From Octopus vulgaris (taxonomy: Eukaryota), in the NCBI GenBank assembly GCA_951406725.2, contig OX597820.1:104284001-104348000 (forward strand): a stretch of 64,000 nt of DNA. The letters are read 5' to 3'. This document shows, piece after piece, positions 29,568-42,628 of this stretch. Within the stretch, counting starts at the first letter, position 1. Every line of letters starts with the position of its first letter. Under the pieces are notes generated by a model. It had not been told where the DNA came from and searched no databases. It saw only the letters and a list, made by a program, of their open reading frames with translations. The position numbers were made by a program, and so were the translations under genes.

Positions 29568-29623
29568 ACATACGCACTGAAAAGACAGTGAAGGAGAGAG
29601 AGGGGGAGTAAAAGATATATATA

Positions 29624-30134
29624 TCTATATATATAAAACTGTAGTTGTGTGAGTGTCTGTCTCCTACGATTTTGAATTCCTAACTCCTCCCACATTTTGC
29701 GGTGCAGTTTAAACAAATTCGGGTATCTTATAGTCGTGATTAATATCGAGCCCGTCTGGCTATTAGCGCGCGTCTACGATGAGTCTACGATTTTAAAAAT
29801 AATTTAACATCATTTTTTATTCCATTTTAATGCATAATTTTTCGTGTGTCGATGGCGGCGGAGTTGGCGTCCACGCTCACAGCTGCACCTGTTTGCTTCT
29901 CCCCCTTCCCTCCCTCGTGAAGCTGTGGGGAAGGGAGTGTAAGCAAATCAACGTCGTAAAGCGTTGTCAAGGAGACCAGCGTTCTTTTAGAACAACGACT
30001 TCATGGCTTGAAGACACCAAAACAGAAATGGCTAAGAAAGCCCGAATTGGCATCTATAAGGGAAGTAACTCTCTAAAAATGCTTATATAGTTATTTCCCT
30101 TACAAACCCGAGCAACGCCGGGCGATACTGCTAG
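29624..30134 (+). mobile_element. Non-autonomous Helitron
   Basis: 5' TCTATATATATAAAA; 3' hairpin CCCGAGCAACGCCGGG then CTAG; inserted between A and T. Confidence 0.85.
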
Positions 30135-30285
30135 TATATATATATATATATATCTTTTAATTATGACATTTTTTCTAAATATAAAACGATAAAAAGCCAT
30201 TCAAACCGAAATAGCAAAAATTAGTATCAGAATATAAAAATATTTGAAACAAAATTATATGAAAATGAAAATATGAAACATTGTG

Positions 30286-30359
<74 letters not shown>

Positions 30360-30509
30360 GTGAATCCTTATGACTGTCTAGACTGATAACCGAGATAAGG
30401 CCCTCCAGATGGGTTTAATCAAGGATAAAGTTTGTATACACACATACACGCGCGCACCACATAAACACACACATATATACACACACACATACACGCGCGC
30501 GCGCACATT

Positions 30510-30658
30510 CGTGCTGTGTGGTAAGACACTTGCTTCCCAACCACATGGTTGCGGGTTCAGTCCCTTGCGTGACACTTTGGGCAAGTGTTTTCTACTATAG
30601 CCTCGGGCCAACCAAATTCTTGTGAGTGGATTTATTAAACGGAAGCTGAAAGAAGTGC

Positions 30659-30710
<52 letters not shown>

Positions 30711-30980
30711 TGTGTGTGTGTGTGTGTATGGGGTGTGTGTATGGGGTGTGTGTGTGGGATGTGTGTATCTTTGTGTCTGTGTTTGTTCTTCCACTATCGC
30801 TTAACAACCGATGCTGGTGTGTTTATGTCCCTGTAACTTAGTGGTTCGGCATAAGAACCTGTAGAATAAGTGCTAGCCTTACAAGAATAAGTCATGGGGT
30901 CAATTTTTCAACTTTAAGGCGGTGCTCCAGCATGGTCGCAGTCAGATGACTGAATCAAATAATAGAATAAAAGAATACAT
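30510..30980 (+). mobile_element. SINE copy with internal (TG)n
   Basis: Collinear with 29055-29490. Confidence 0.85.
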
Positions 30981-31316
30981 ATATATATATATATTGCTTA
31001 TTTCAGTCAGACTGCGGTCATGCTGGAGTAGCACCTTGGAGGAGTTTTGTAGAATGAATCGCCCTCCACCCCCACCTCGCCAGTACATATTTTTAAAGCC
31101 TGATACTTATTCTATCGGATCTCTTTTGCCGAACTGCTAAGTTACAAGGACTTAAACACTATCTTTTAGTATTAAATTACGACTAGCCACATTGATAAAT
31201 TATGATTTGCAGTTTACCATTTTATGGACTCAGGCACTGATTCTTATGATATTTTCTATAAACTGACAAGGCGAGTTAACTTAACCCTAGGCAACGTATT
31301 AATTCTATCCGAAATC

Positions 31317-32286
31317 TATTTCTTTACTATCCACAAGGGGCTAAGCACAAAGGAGACAAACAAAGACAGACAGACGGATTAAGTCGATTACATCGATCCC
31401 AGGGCGTAACTGGTACTTAATTTATCGACCCCGAAAGGATGAAAGGCAAAGTCGACCTCGGCGGAATTTGAACTCAGAACGTAGCAACGGGCGAAATACC
31501 TATTTCTTTACTACCCACAAGGGGCTAAACACAGAGGAGACAAACAAAGACTGACAGACGGATTAAGTCGATTACATCGACCCCAGTGCGTGACTGGTAC
31601 TTAATTTATCGACCCCGAAAGGATGAAAGGCAAAGTCGACCTCGGCGGAATTTGAACTCAGAACGTAGCAACGGGCGAAATACCTATTTCTTTACTACCC
31701 ACAAGGGGCTAAACACAGAGGAGACAAACAAAGACTGACAGACGGATTAAGTCGATTACATCGACCTCCAGTGCGTAACTGGTACTTAATTTATCGACCC
31801 CGAAAGGATGAAAGGCAAAGTCGACCTCGGCGGAATTTGAACTCAGAACGTAACGGCAGACGAAATACCTATTCTTTATTACCCACAAGGGGCTAAGCAC
31901 TGAGGGGACAAACAAGGACAGACAGACGGATTAAATCGATTATATCGGCTCCAGTGCGTAACTGGTACTTAATTTATCGACCCCGAAAGGATGAAAGGCA
32001 ATGTCGACCTCGGAGGAATTTGAACTCAGAACGTAATGGCAGATGAAATACCTATTTCTTTACTATCCACAAGGGGACAAAGACAGAGATGACAAACAAG
32101 GACAGACAAACGGATTAAGTCGATTACATCGACCCCAGTGCGTAACTGGTACTTAGTTTATCGACCCCGAAAGGATGAAAGGCAACGTCGACCTCGGCGG
32201 AATTTGAACTCAGAACGTAACGGCAGACGAAATACTGCTAAACATTTCGTCCGGCGTGCTAACGTTTCTGCCAGCTCGCCGCCTTC
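31317..32286 (-). mobile_element. Head-to-tail array of five tRNA-derived SINE units inside one 15-bp TSD
   Basis: ~184-bp units starting at 31317, 31501, 31685, 31870 and 32053. Only the last carries the head aggcggcgagctggcagaaacg. ATTCTATCCGAAATC at 31302-31316 and 32287-32301. Confidence 0.93.
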
Positions 32287-33468
32287 ATTCTATCCGAAAT
32301 CATCGATGATCTGACATTCTCGCTGTAGGGAGGCTGTCTCCCTTGTCAGTCAATAGATAGCGCTTTGTCCGTGGCTAAGAGCTGTTTTTACTTTTATTTC
32401 TTGCAGTGGTGGTGCTGAGCTGCGCCTTTAGTCACTTTAGTGACTATGCCCTTTGGTCCTAGATTGCGACTTGCCAGCTTAATAATTTGTGTGTGTGTGT
32501 ATGTGCGTGTGTGTGTGTGTGCGCGCGCGTGCGTATGTCTTTGTGACTTTGACAATGGTGTTGGCGTTGATGTTTTTAGATGTGTCCCTAGACCTGAACT
32601 CCTCTTTTTATAAACCTTATCGTAGGCCCAACAAGAGACTTTCCTATATACATAAACAGTCTTGTCATCCCATCTGTAGCATTTAAAAATCTGATAATTA
32701 ACATCAGTGACTGAGTTTCTAACCGCTTTTCCTCTAAAAACTTTTTCGGGAAGGCAGCCCCTTACTACAACAATACCCTTCCCAATAGTAGCTTTAAAGA
32801 TAGTTTAATTTATAACCCCTCTAATATTAATAGGAATATTTTGTGTTAATATCTTGTGACAATGGAAACAGGCATGTAGGTGCCTATGGCTTACGATTGG
32901 CTAAAATTATCCCAAATTTTATTACGAAGATGAATTTCAAAACAGTAATTAGCATATAAAACCACATCATTACACCGAATATGAAATTAATTTGAGCATG
33001 AATTGAAGGGTTGAAAATTTGCAGCCAATCAAAAAAATCCCTCCCTCCCTACCTCCCTCTCTCTCTGTCTCTCTCTCTCACTGTATATATACTATTTCTC
33101 GTTAACTCTTTTACTTGTTTCAGTCACTTGACTGCGGCCATGCTGGAGCACCGCCTTTAGTCGAGCAAATCGACCCCAAGACTTATACTTTGTAAGCCTA
33201 GTACTTATTCTATCAGTCTTTTTTGCCGAACCGCTAAGTTACGGGGACGTAAACACACCAGCACCGGTTGTCAAGCAGTTGTTGGGGGAAGAGCACATGC
33301 TCAAAGACACACACACATATCTCCCTTGTCAGTCAATAGATAGCGCTTTGTCCGTGGCTAAGAGCTGTTTTTACTTTTATTTCTTGCAGTGGTGGTGCTG
33401 AGCTGCGCCTTTAGTCACTTTAGTGACTAGGCCTTTTGGTCCTAAATTGCGACTTGCCATCTTAATAA

Positions 33469-33519
<51 letters not shown>

Positions 33520-34073
33520 GTGCGTGCGTGCGTGTGTCTTTGTAATATTCTTAACGTAGCTTTTTGTCGCCGCCGGCGTCTTCCAAGCAGTCTCACTAAT
33601 TCAGTTTTAATCGAAATCAAGTTTAGTAGTTTGAATTATGTTTGACTACTGATATATGATATTTAGACATAAAATACTTAAAATGTGGTGTAATACAAAA
33701 GTTAGGAAAAAATTTATAGGCCAAACTGGTTGACTGACGGGTAGTAAAGCCCGACATCGACACTTTGAATCCACACCATTCTTTTAATTTTGCTATAAAA
33801 AAAAACTATCATATTGATATTACTATGAAAGAGAAATGATAAACGAATATATTGGTAAAGGTTTCGTAAAATTTTATCTATTAGAAAAAAAGATATTTAA
33901 TTTAAATTCTCAAATTTTTATCAATTTTCGCTTGATATTAAAGGGACGCTACTCATATATGAACTAAACTTATTTCGTTGGCGCATACACAACAAAAGAT
34001 AATAGAGAACACAAATCGATACAAAGAGTTCTAATATTTATTATCATTAGTCTAGATTATTTTTTATAAAAAA

Positions 34074-34470
34074 CTAGCAGTATCGCCCGGCGTTGCTCGG
34101 GTTTGTAAGGGAAATAACTATATAAGCATTTTTAGAGATGTAAAGTATAATGGCCATCTCAATATGGTTAACCACAAAGGGGGGTGGTGGTGTTACTGTA
34201 GCTTTTTACGTTCTGAGATTTAATAAATTTTTAGAGAGTTACTTCCCTTATATATGCCAAAAATGCATTAAAAATGGGAAAGATTGATGGTAAATTTTTT
34301 TTTAATCGTAGACTCATCGTAGACGCGCGCTAATACCCAGAAGGGCTCAATATGAATCACGACTATAAGATACCCGGTTTTGGTTAAACTGCACCGCAAA
34401 ATGTGGGAGTAGTTAGGAATCTAAATCGTAGGAGACAGACAGCACACAACCTCACTTTTATATATAAAGA
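34074..34470 (-). mobile_element. Non-autonomous Helitron of the same family
   Basis: Shares both ends with 29624-30134 in reverse orientation. Confidence 0.85.
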
Positions 34471-34499
34471 TTAAATTCTTTTGCCTATTTTTGTTTGTA

Positions 34500-34775
34500 G
34501 TATGAGTTCGAATCCCGGACCGGGCTGCGTGTTGTGTTCTTGAGCAAGACACTTTATTTCGCGTTGCTCCTGTTCACTCAGCTGTAGAAATGAGTTGCGA
34601 CGTCACAGGTGCCAAGCTGTATCCGCTGGTGCCTTTCCCTGGTGGCGTGGAGAGGGGAGACCGGTATGCATGGGCGACTGCTGGTCTTCCATAAACAACC
34701 TGGCCCGGACTTGTGCCTGGGAGGGTGACTTTCTAGGTGCAATCCCACGGTCAGCCATGATCGAAGGGAGTCTCA
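34500..34775 (+). mobile_element. tRNA-derived SINE (third family), head truncated
   Basis: B box gagttcgaatcc, ttgagcaagacac motif; homologous to 48341-48505. Confidence 0.8.
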
Positions 34776-35160
34776 ATATTCTGGTGGACCCCCATAGACA
34801 TTCAATGTTTCAAAACTAGTTTTATGGAAACTTCTTTCAAAATTCCCATTTTGTTTTCCACACAACAACTTGTAAAGGTTGAACTATGTAAAACATTAGA
34901 GAAAGAAACGTGGCTGTTTCTTGCAATACATACAGCTAAAGCAAATTTTTTTTAGGGGCCCTTAAAATACTATTGCAAAGCCACCAATTTACTATTTTGT
35001 TGTATGGACCCCATAAAATCTTATATGGACCTTCGGATGCCATATTGGACTCCCAGTTGAGAACCACTGCTGTAGAAAAAAAATTAAAATCTGCCTTCCC
35101 CCTTTTCCTTTAGTCCCTAATGCCTTGCCCGCCCTGTGAACATACTTTAATACCATACAC

Positions 35161-35216
<56 letters not shown>

Positions 35217-35547
35217 CTTTTCTTTATCATTCTATCATTGGCACAATCTCTGTACCTGTTTTACTTAATTGCGTCATCCTATTTTCTCCTCTCTATATTT
35301 AGATCTCTTTTTTTCTTTTTTCTACCTTCCAGTCTCTTAATTAATTAATCAGGTTATCTCTTCCTCTCTAACCCGTTCTTTAATTCCTCCCTACATTTCA
35401 TTGTCTGCTCTCTTAATCGCTAAGTGACTATTGACTGTTTCTCTCTTCTATCAATTATTCATCGAGCACATTGCATGGTACAGCTTTCTCCTTCAGCATT
35501 TATGCAGTGTGTTACAGAAAGGGTTTGAAAACAATAAAAAGAAAGAC

Positions 35548-35627
<80 letters not shown>

Positions 35628-35790
35628 CTTCAAGTGGCTGTGACCGAGATGCGTCTCAATACTCCACTAGAAATCCGTCAGCCATCAGCTTTCATAAATC
35701 CTCAATATTATGTTGTGTATCTCAGCCAATCACATCAGTGTAGCTGAACTGTTTTTTTTTTTGATGACCTCTTGTTCAGCACATTAGAAG

Positions 35791-37795
35791 TGACCAGCAA
35801 AGCCTATCCTGCGTTAAGCATTAGTAGTAGAGATCAACAGGAAAAAGCGCATTAGGTCAGCCAACCACCTCAAGCAGGTGACAAAAAAGGCAGTGCTTGA
35901 ATTCGAACAACGCATAGCAACCAACCCTGACAGCATTGTGTTCTGGAAGTATGTACACTCAAAGCAGAGACCTCATTCTCCAGTTGGTCCCCTTCGCAAT
36001 CCCCACACAGGGCAGATTACTGGCAATCCCAAAGAATGTGCAGAAATCATTGCTGGATGCTATACAGGCATCTTTACTGTCGAAGATCAAAATGTTCCAT
36101 CTCAATCACCTCTGACATCGGACTCTGTATCTACTATGAAATTTACACCAGCAATGCTACAACGCCACCTTAAGAATAAACGCAACTATGCCTCTCCTGT
36201 TTTCAATGGTGTTACATACCTACTTCTCAAACGCGGTGGGTACTTTGTTCTAAACCAACTTTCACTATTCTTCCAATTCTGTCTTGACAATGGTGTTACT
36301 CCAGAGCAGTGGAAAACTGCCAGTCTTATCTCTCTCTGTTCAAAAAAGGTGACCGCACATCGCCTGTCAACTATCGCCCCGTTAGTCTTACTAGCTGCAT
36401 CGCCAAACTGATAGATCCTGTGTCAGGGAAACCCTCTAGAACTTCTGGAAGTCTCACAGCCTCATCCAGCCGTCACAATTTGGTCTTATTCCTAATTCCA
36501 GCTGCTGTAATCAACTCATTGACTTTCTTGAGGGCTTTATTCAAATCACTGATCGCGGATGTTGTTTACCTGGACTTTGCTAAGGCTTTTAACTCTGTGC
36601 CACACAAAAGACTTACGGTGAAACTCTCTGCGTTGGGTGTAAGAGACGATCTCTATAACTGGTTGAAGTCCTTTATTATCGGCCGAAAAGAGGTTGTCAC
36701 AGTTCTAGGACAACACTCTTCACCCTATGAGATGACATCTGGTGTACCACAGGGATCTGTTCTTGGCCCCCTTTTATTTGTTGCATATGTTAATGATATA
36801 GATGCCAACTTAAAGAATGCCACAGTGCTAAAATATGCAGATGACATCAAGCTGTACCTCGAAATACAGAGGTCAGATCCTGTACACTATAGATCTCTAT
36901 TGCAAGCAGACTTGGACACAATGCAGCAGTGGATCATGGACTGGCAACTCAAGCTGGCTGTGGACAAATGTACCATCATGCATTTTGGGAGGAAAAACCC
37001 AGCGTCTACATACTCCCTCCACAACACTAATCTCAAAAAGTCTTCGTGTGAACGTGACCTGGGCGTTATTGTCGACAGCAATTTGCGTTGGACAAAACAC
37101 ATCGCTAAAATTGCCAAGAAGGCTGAGGGTGTCTTAGCATCACTCACCAAGTCCTTTGTGAGCCGCTCTCCGGCTATCTATCTGCGGCTTTATATAGCTA
37201 TGGTACAACCTCACCTGGAATTTGTATCACCGGTCTGGAACCCCTATCTTGCCCAGGATATTAATCGTCTGGAAGCCGTTCAGCGACGTGCAACCAAGAG
37301 AATACTCTCCATCAGGCATCTGCCATATTCTGAACGCCTTACTTCCCTGGGCATGGACACATTGAAACTCCGACGTCTGGCAGCTGACTTGGCAGACACC
37401 CATAAAATTATTAACCATCTTACAAACAATAACTCTGAGCACCTTTTCAAACTCCACCTGTCTAACACCCGTGGACATGTTTACAAAGTCAGAAAACAGC
37501 ACAGCTCCCATGACTTTAGGAAACATTTTTTCACGCTAAGAGTTGCTGAAGCATGGAACAGACTGCCGGCATCAGTTGTTAGTTGTCGGAGCACTGCATC
37601 CTTCAAAACTTCCATGCTTCCTGAGATTCGTCAACACTACACCTGATTTTCTCCCCTCCATACACACGCGAGCATGTATCTGGCTCATACACTGTTCGCT
37701 TTCCAGACATTTGTACATTACTGCATATACTTTATACACAGTTTTTGACAAGTTGTGGTGCACCTGAGCACTGTATACAATAATTTTCATTATTA
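35791..37795 (+). mobile_element. 5'-truncated CR1/L2-group LINE (RT pseudogene)
   Basis: NYRPVSLTSCIAKL, YLDFAKAF, SGVPQGSVLGP, KYADD, DLGV, LEAVQRRATK and FFTLRVAEAWN motifs; frameshifts in the 5' part; short 3' UTR ending in ATT repeats. Confidence 0.93.
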
Positions 37796-38268
37796 TAAAC
37801 AGACAATATTTTAATGTTTTTCTAAATTATTTTCCAGTGAATGCTATTACCAAAATATTTTTAGCATATCTAAAAAATATTTTAATGTGAAAATGTCTTT
37901 GAAAATACAAAATATTTATATTTTGTAAATTCGGTGTGAAATAATTTTTTTCTATTTTTTTTCCAATGCATTCAACGTATCTCATTGCCAAAGATTTGGC
38001 TGCTATTTCTAGCACGCTCTCCAACCACTTAACAGCTATTTGCGATAAAGGATCCGAAATATATATTACGTGGTAGTAGGGCATGCAAGAAATAGCAAAC
38101 AAATCTTTTCTTTTCTTGGGAAAGGAGGCGTTTACGCGTGATTCCGATGTCACGTTCGTAGAAAGCATGTGAAATAACCTGGAAAAAAGCCACGAAACAA
38201 AAATCCGATGCTGGGAAACTCATACTTTCCTGGTGATCCAACTGGTCATGGGTAGTCTTATGTATATA

Positions 38269-38626
38269 CTAGCAGTATCGCCCGGCGTTGCTCGGGTTTG
38301 TTTCGACCCGCTGGAATTGTAATTTTGAAAAGTAAAAATTTTGTGAACATTTTTATGGTCGAAATACACCGAAAAGTGGCGACACAGCAGTGAAAAAATC
38401 GTAAAAAATAGGGATTTTCATAGAAAAAAGTAGCTTTTTGATGTAAATAATTTTTGGTGTTAACATGGTCCGATTTGAATTTTATGTTCTACGGAAGGAA
38501 GAGCAACCCTTCTTCTATCATACTCTCAATTTTGGTCAACTTGCGCCGCAGGGTCTCGGAGGAGATAGTGCTAGTTGAAGGTTACCAAACGTGGCGCACA
38601 CAGACAACTTCAGCTTTATATAGAGA
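38269..38626 (-). mobile_element. Non-autonomous Helitron
   Basis: Identical ~32-nt 3' end (CTAG plus hairpin); 5' TCTCTATATAAAG; different body. Confidence 0.8.
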
Positions 38627-39879
38627 TAACACACACACATTAATACACATACATAGACACACACACACATGTATGTATGGATGTATATATGTACATCTGT
38701 CCACTTCTTGCAATATTTTTATCCTTCACTTCCTACACACACACACACCTTATTAGCTTACAATTTCTTTCTGTCAACAATTGACAACAGAAGTACGCTC
38801 GCCAATTAATACTACCAAAATTTAACGACAGAAAGTAAATTAAAAACCAGTTTACCTTTTCTGTATTGTTATGGCAATTCGACCGTCGGTGTGTTTTTGC
38901 AAATGTGTTCGAATGAGAAGTGAGTTGTGTTTGGCGCCTTTTTTACTAATAACAAACACACACGTGTTTGTATGTAGTTGTTTGAAACGTTTGTGTTTGT
39001 CACTGTCATATATGTATGTGTATGCGTGTGTGTGAGGAATGGCAAACCAGATAGATAGCGCGCGAATTTCTTTTGAAGTTCGCGCTCCGCTTGTGTGTGT
39101 GTGTGTGTGCGTGCTTTAGGTGTACGTAGGTATGTGTACTCTCTCTGTCTCTTTACACACACTAACAAAAGCACTTCACTTACACACCACACTTTCTGTG
39201 TCGCACATCCCATCAAACACACACACACACTCACGCACGCACACATGTACATCAATGCTTTCGGAGTGAAATGTTAAAATATTGAGTTTTCTCGAATTTT
39301 GTCTTAATTGGGGGTGAAATTGAAAGAAATTTTGTATGGCATGACCGAATGGAAGTACTTTGAAAAATCATAGGTAAACTGTAATTGAAGAAATTGTGTG
39401 AGGAGTAAATCGTTATGTATTTATTTGTTTCTGTTTGCTGTGTTGTTTTTTTTAGTAGTGGTTTAAGGTACACTTGCAAAGAGAAAGTGGGAGAAATTAG
39501 GGTGATAGCATGAGTGATCCGTTTTATATAAATACTTTCATTTTAATCGTTGCACACTTGCAAAGAGAAAGGAGGAGAAATTAGGGTGATAGCGTGAGTG
39601 AAGCAGATCGCTCCGTTTTTGTGTGTGTGTGTGTGTGCGTGTGTGTGTGCTGTAGCCCACACTAAGAAAAGCACTTCACTTACACACCACAATGTGAGTT
39701 TTCTCTAAATTTTGCTTAATTGGGGTTGAAATTTTAAAAACTGGACCTGGCACGACCCGATGCATTCTACTCTTAAAAATGCTAGGTAAATTGTAATTGA
39801 AGAAATCCTATATTGTAGATTTCTATAAGAGACAAAAGAAGGCAGATAAAATCTGCCTTTTATAATAAGAGATATATAC

Positions 39880-39948
<69 letters not shown>

Positions 39949-40804
39949 GGTATGTAGAAAAATACAACATGGACAAGAACGTATAACTCTTAGAAGACGA
40001 TACAATAAACACGGACAGGACATTCGAAACCCTCAGTCTTCAGTCAAGAACCGGATCATCGTAGTAATTTCGGCTGATTAATCTTGAGATTACTAGATCA
40101 CGGCCAGCCCTCCAAGAAAAACTAAGCAACGAGCATTAGAAAAACTAAGCTGGGAGCGTAGATTTCCTGGAAGAAGGATCGAATGCATACGAACACCGGG
40201 ACAGCAAAAGGGACGAATATAAAAGGCAAAAAACAATAATGGAATACAGAAACATGAAATACAGAAGCATTAACGGTGAAAACAACAAGTGTCTTACGAC
40301 TGATAACAAGCAAACAAATTTTCTCTGGCGCATTTTGGAAAGGAGCCTTATCGGCGATGCCTTGGCGGCGGACGAAAAACAACGATGTTAACACGTCGCT
40401 GGTGGGAAGCTGAGAGGCAGATTTCGGCCAGCGGTCACGTGACAGAGAAGAGAAAAAAGAAAAGAAAGAGAAGCAAAGGAAGGAAGAGAGAGAGAGAAGA
40501 GAGAGAGAGAGAGGAGGGACAAACGCAACAAGGGGAGAGAAGAGAGAGAAAGAAGGAATCAGTGAGGAGAAGGGATGGGTGTCGAAGATTGACCTGTGAG
40601 TGCAAAGCGAGACAAAGAAATGGAAGGGTAGGGGAAGAGTAGACCAAAGAATCAGAGGAAAGAGAAGAGAAAAAGAGGATGAGTAGAGAGAAAAGAGAGA
40701 GAAGGGGACAGATCAAGTAAAAGTGAGAGAGAGAGAGACAAACAGAGAGTCGTACCAATTTTTTAAGAATATGTGCTCACATTAATGTTATATATATATA
40801 TATA

Positions 40805-41152
40805 CTAGCGTTGCCGGGTGATAGTGCTAGTGCATGCATATACAGCTGCGTGCGTGCGCACATACACGTGAGTACTGTCCAAATCTCCGACCAATCATAT
40901 ACAGCTAGCTGGCATTGAATTGGCGTATCAAGTTTCGGGCATTTTGATTGGGTTATGGATAGAAAATTTACAAAAAAGTCACTTTTGTGACTTTTTAATG
41001 GCTTTGCGGGGTGACTGGGGAAATGTAAAGATGTGCACGACCACCTCTGGACGGTTTTGAATGACCATAGAAAGTGCGAGCTCTCTAACTGAAAAATTGT
41101 GGATTTGTATAAAGGACACACACACAGACATTTTGCCGTTTATATATAGAGA
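40805..41152 (-). mobile_element. Non-autonomous Helitron-like element
   Basis: 5' TCTCTATATATAAACGG and 3' CCCGGCAACGCTAG. Confidence 0.7.
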
Positions 41153-42145
41153 TGATCCACAAACACTCAAACAAACTGAGTCCTACTGGTCATGATTAAT
41201 GCTTTATTTTACTGAGCCCTCATTTGTCGTTCACAAGAGAATCCCATTTTCTGATTGGCCACAACAATCAACTTCCTAAAAAACAAAATGTAAAAAGACA
41301 CCCTTTAAATCTGTGCCCTAGCTTAGCCGCAGTCAAATGACTGAAACGAGTAAAAGAGTATAAAAATTTATAATACTCGTAAATAAATTGCAATAAAACA
41401 ATAGTGGAATGAAAAGAATATTTTATGCAAAATAAAAAGAATGACAAGATCATTCATAAAAAAAATATTATTATCGTTTTCTAAATTACTTTCACTCTCA
41501 CAAGACTCGAACACACCATCACTTTGTAGATGCGATAGCCGATTCACAAGCATTTGTAAACACACTTGTAGATTTCTTTTTAAATAATAAATCTAGAGTT
41601 GTTTGTTTAGAAGGAGCTTTTTTTCTTTCGCTCCCTATAGATTTCTCGGTAACACACAGAAGCATTTGTTAAGATAATAGAAACTTTTGCACTTCGTTCA
41701 AAATTTGGGTCTTGCTCTTGAAAAATATAACTCGTAAACCCTGTTTCATTATCAATGGTCTGCTAGTGGGCGACCTTCTTAATTATAAGCTAACATCTTG
41801 TTTTAAGTTTTCCTTTACCAAACCTCATGATATTGCTTCTACTAAATCTTGATTTTTATGACTATACCAACTATGATGTATGTCTACTCCCTCAGCCCTA
41901 CCCCTAACAGATACTGCCCTCTGTTCTCTCAGCCTTAGATATACAAGGGATTTGATAAACAAGTCTATAAATTAAAACTGACCCCATAAAAACAAAAAAT
42001 TAGTGACAGGCACAGTCTGTAACAATGTCTATCTTTTTGGAAAATTCAGTAACTTCTAAACTGGAGTGAGACAGCATGTTCTTTGTCTATCTTCTTAACT
42101 ACTTGGAGATTTTAGATATAATTATACTAATGTGTCCATATTTTT

Positions 42146-42229
42146 GTGCAACTGAAGATTGCTCTGCATTTAAAATTGATGTAATGATTGCACTGTTCAA
42201 TTAAATGGAGTGGCATGAAACGATCGTAC
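42146..42229 (+). ncRNA. Hammerhead-like motif with long stem II
   Basis: CTGAAGA (42152-42158), long imperfect hairpin, GAAA-CGA-TC (42217-42225); homolog on the minus strand at 18721-18797. Confidence 0.45.
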
Positions 42230-42432
42230 TGCATTACCTCTGGATATCCTTGTTGCTTATTCGGATGGATAATACCGTACTAAATTCCGGTGCCTCAACT
42301 TAAGTACCATATTCATCAGAATCTAAATTTTTGCTGAACTCATCTACCATACACAAAGTATGTGACCGCGTGTGTACCGTTGGCGATTTTTTTCCCTCTG
42401 TCTTCCCTTCTCTGGATCTTTCCTTCTCCTAT

Positions 42433-42467
42433 GTTTCCGACGAAGAGCTCCGCTCGAAACGTTAAAC
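42433..42467 (+). ncRNA. Minimal hammerhead-ribozyme-like motif (variant core)
   Basis: GTTT-CCGACGA-A-GAGC-tcc-GCTC-GAAA-CG-TT-AAAC. Confidence 0.5.
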
Positions 42468-42559
42468 CCTCCTTCTTTCCTGAGCGTCGAATAATACTAT
42501 ATTTGTTCCACGTCCTCGCGTTGTTGTGTTTTTTTTTGTGCTTTCTTGTTTGGATTAAC

Positions 42560-42628
<69 letters not shown>

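Noticed and set aside
31317-32286. Regular repeat array resembling a CRISPR
   Set aside because: There are no unique spacers; the units are whole SINE bodies in a eukaryotic context.
36309-37646. 445-aa ORF as a host gene or intact RT
   Set aside because: It is a frameshifted, 5'-truncated LINE ORF2; the N-terminal part drifts out of the RT frame.
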